Assembly (NCBI GenBank): GCA_035576005.1
Contig: DATLXH010000026.1
Location: forward strand, 4,229-68,228
Reading direction: 5' to 3'
DNA: 64,000 nucleotides
Source: Thermoanaerobaculia bacterium
GTDB lineage: Bacteria; Acidobacteriota; Thermoanaerobaculia; Gp7-AA8
Shown: piece after piece, positions 62,022-64,000 of the stretch
Layout: each line of letters opens with the position of its first letter
How positions within the stretch are numbered: position 1 is the first letter of the stretch
The notes under the pieces: generated by a model
What the model saw: only the letters and a program-made list of their open reading frames with translations
The model's database searches: none
Told to the model about the DNA's origin: nothing
Program-made: the position numbers and the translations under genes

Positions 62022-63999
62022 ATGCGCTCACTCCTTCCTTTTCGTTCCCGTCGTCATGATTGTGAGTGGATCGGAGGTCGTTACACGCTTCCGAACAAGG
62101 TTCGCGTTGGCGACGTGGTGGTACAGCCCGAAGTGGTCCTGTGGCTCGAGTTGCCGCGCGGAGTCATTGTCGGCACGAAGATCACCGTCCCAGGCGAACC
62201 GGTTCCGTTCGCGGAGACTTTGAAGGACTCGATGAAGCACCCTGCCGAGGGATCACCCAGGCAGCCGTCACGCATTCGCGTGCCGGAGGCGCAACTTGCC
62301 GAGGCTCTGCGGGGGGCGATTGGCAGCGGGGTCCCTGTCATCATCGCGCCTGTGCCCGAGTTGGACGCTGCCTTCGCGGATCTTACTCATGCGATCGCCG
62401 GAACCGAGCCTCGACCGGCGTATCAATCGTATCTGGGCGGCGGGGCGATCTCGCCGGCGGTGGTTGCCAGGCTCTTCTCCGCCGCGAGCATTCTGTTCCG
62501 GGCCGCCCCGTGGCGCCACGTTTCGGAAGAACAGATCCTGCGCGTCGATATCCCGCGTCTCGCGGTCGACGGAGGGTGTCTGTCCGTCATCGGTGGCGCG
62601 GGTGAGAGTTTCGGTTTGCTGCTTTTCCGCTCGATTGAAGCCTACAAGGCGTTCGCGAGCGGGCCGCCCGCGCCGGCAAGCGAGGAAGAGTTGTTCGCTC
62701 CGCGCCCGGATCGCGAGGCTTCCCTTCTCTCCCTTTCGTTCGACCGCAAGAAGGACCTCCCTTCTTCGATGCAACGCGAGATCGAGCACCATCGCTGGTC
62801 CGTTGCTGGAGCGAAGGCCTACCCGGCTTTGATCGCACTCGATACAGACGCGATTCCGCTACAGCCAACCGAGCGCGCTTTCCAGATCATGACTGTTTGC
62901 ACATCCGCGTTCCTGGCATTCCTGGCGAGCCATCGGAATCTCTTCGATGCCGACGATCCGGAAACGATCTGCGAGTCATTCACCAGCGACGACGATGTGA
63001 CGGTGACCCTTACCGCGCCGTACGGAACGAACGCACTCTTCGATGTGGAGGATTTCTTCAGCCCCGAGGCGGACGCGTTTCTGGAGCGCACTCCGACGCG
63101 GCCCGCGGCCGGAAGGAACGACCCCTGCCCGTGTGGAAGCGGAAAGAAGTATAAGAAGTGTCACCTCGACGCCGACCGCTCTGGCAAAGAACTCACATCG
63201 GAAAGCGCCCCCGTTCATGAGATGGACTTTCGCCTCGTCAGTTCCATCGGGCGATTCGCCTCCAGCCGTTTTGGTGACTCATGGCTGGGCCGCCCGGCAG
63301 AAGACTTCAAAGACGACGAGGCGGCGCTCCAGCTCTTCCCCCCGTGGGTTGCATGGACGGCAGTCGTCGACGGGAAGAGGATTGCAGATGTCTTTTTCGA
63401 GGAGAAGGGCGCGCGCCTGTCTTCGGACGAGCGCGACTGGTTTGACGCCCAGCGGCGCGTATGGCTAAGCGTTTGGGAAGTCACCAGAGTCGTTCCCGGA
63501 ACGATCGATGTGCGCGACCCGCTGACCGGTCAGAAGCGTTCCGTACGGGAGGGCCGCGGATCGCGCTTGGTCGTGGCGCGCGATGCCCTGCTCGCCCGAG
63601 TGGTCGATTTTCACGGCCTCTCGCTCTTCGACGGGATGTACGGGCGCGCGCTTCCGCCCGCGGATGCGCTCGAGGTGATTCGCAGCGTTCGTTCCAAGCT
63701 GCGTGTGAGCAAGGGAGATGTCGCTGTGGAACGCTTGCAGGATCCGAAGATCGGCCGCTTCATGATCGACCGCTGGCGTGAGGCAGTTGACGATCTGGAT
63801 CGCCGGGCATCCATTCCTCCGGTGCTGGAGAACACCGATGGCGATCCACTGCTGTTCGTGACCGAGTCGTTTCAGTTCGAAAACAGTGCGCGCGCCGAGA
63901 TCGAGGAGCGTCTGTTGAAAATGGATGGCCTCGACGACGTCCGAACCGCGAATGGAGAAAGCGAGCTTACCTTCGTCCGCCTGGGAAATCCACTTCACA
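62022..63999 (+). CDS. Large uncharacterized protein with internal SEC-C metal-binding motif ([13 protein letters not shown]); partial, continues past the window end
   Basis: Open frame (positions = 0 mod 3) from the stop at 61986 to the window edge; first Met at 62022, and no stop within the window, so it is not listed in the ORF track. Over 650 aa. Confidence 0.55.
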   Translation, partial: MRSLLPFRSRRHDCEWIGGRYTLPNKVRVGDVVVQPEVVLWLELPRGVIVGTKITVPGEPVPFAETLKDSMKHPAEGSPRQPSRIRVPEAQLAEALRGAIGSGVPVIIAPVPELDAAFADLTHAIAGTEPRPAYQSYLGGGAISPAVVARLFSAASILFRAAPWRHVSEEQILRVDIPRLAVDGGCLSVIGGAGESFGLLLFRSIEAYKAFASGPPAPASEEELFAPRPDREASLLSLSFDRKKDLPSSMQREIEHHRWSVAGAKAYPALIALDTDAIPLQPTERAFQIMTVCTSAFLAFLASHRNLFDADDPETICESFTSDDDVTVTLTAPYGTNALFDVEDFFSPEADAFLERTPTRPAAGRNDPCPCGSGKKYKKCHLDADRSGKELTSESAPVHEMDFRLVSSIGRFASSRFGDSWLGRPAEDFKDDEAALQLFPPWVAWTAVVDGKRIADVFFEEKGARLSSDERDWFDAQRRVWLSVWEVTRVVPGTIDVRDPLTGQKRSVREGRGSRLVVARDALLARVVDFHGLSLFDGMYGRALPPADALEVIRSVRSKLRVSKGDVAVERLQDPKIGRFMIDRWREAVDDLDRRASIPPVLENTDGDPLLFVTESFQFENSARAEIEERLLKMDGLDDVRTANGESELTFVRLGNPLH

Positions 64000-64000
64000 A

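Noticed and set aside
63118-63162. Second secA copy or secA pseudogene, suggested by the [13 protein letters not shown] match
   Set aside because: Only the 13-residue SEC-C motif matches, and the codons differ. The surrounding >600 aa have no SecA motor motifs.

Overview
This is a high-GC (~62%) bacterial chromosomal window, mostly conserved core genes on both strands. Taxon is uncertain; the Rho N-terminal insertion and the mlaE-mlaF-mlaD order are weakly suggestive of an Acidobacteria- or Gemmatimonadetes-like genome, but nothing here is diagnostic.

Gene content, left to right:
- **1-7.7 kb:** cell-wall amidase and GerMN lipoprotein, holB-tmk, a GT2 + SDR pair, a Tat-secreted glycosylasparaginase.
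- **7.9-10.6 kb:** a membrane alkaline-phosphatase-superfamily protein and an M50 metalloprotease.
- **10.9-15 kb:** secA, a repeat-filled intergenic region, dedA.
- **15.3-24.1 kb:** a compact biosynthetic locus (flavin-dependent halogenase-like enzyme, AMP-ligase, ACP, hotdog dehydratase, KS, Cys-less KS/CLF, GT2, Crp regulator, CDP-alcohol phosphatidyltransferase).
- **24.2-32.9 kb:** tRNA-Lys and tRNA-Leu, tig-clpP-clpX-lon, engB, rho.
- **33-44.5 kb:** PBP1A, mlaE-mlaF-mlaD, ugd-uxs, a PIG-L deacetylase, an M13 peptidase.
- **44.6-59.8 kb:** a minimal nucleotidyltransferase, purA, hutH, a cupin, radC, cobB, two SurA/PpiC isomerases, mfd, an Slt lytic transglycosylase, a GNAT.
- **60-64 kb:** a Xer-type tyrosine recombinase, a vapBC toxin-antitoxin pair, and a >650-aa SEC-C-motif protein running off the window end.

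The most striking non-genic signal is repeat load. A MITE-like element with TA-flanked 27-bp inverted termini has at least 7 copies (187-bp and 289-bp forms plus end fragments). A second family of about 130-bp nested palindromes has 4 copies. A third structure between secA and dedA combines 35-bp and 81-bp tandem arrays with an inverted hairpin module. There is also a 178-bp TA-flanked inverted-repeat element and 23-bp REP-like palindromes.

Most long six-frame ORFs are read-through artefacts of high GC or of these repeats. Their start codons were trimmed where homology made the true start clear.

No CRISPR array, rRNA or obvious prophage is present. The candidates for something new are the halogenase-linked KS/CLF locus, the recombinase-vapBC-SEC-C region at the right edge, and the repeat families.
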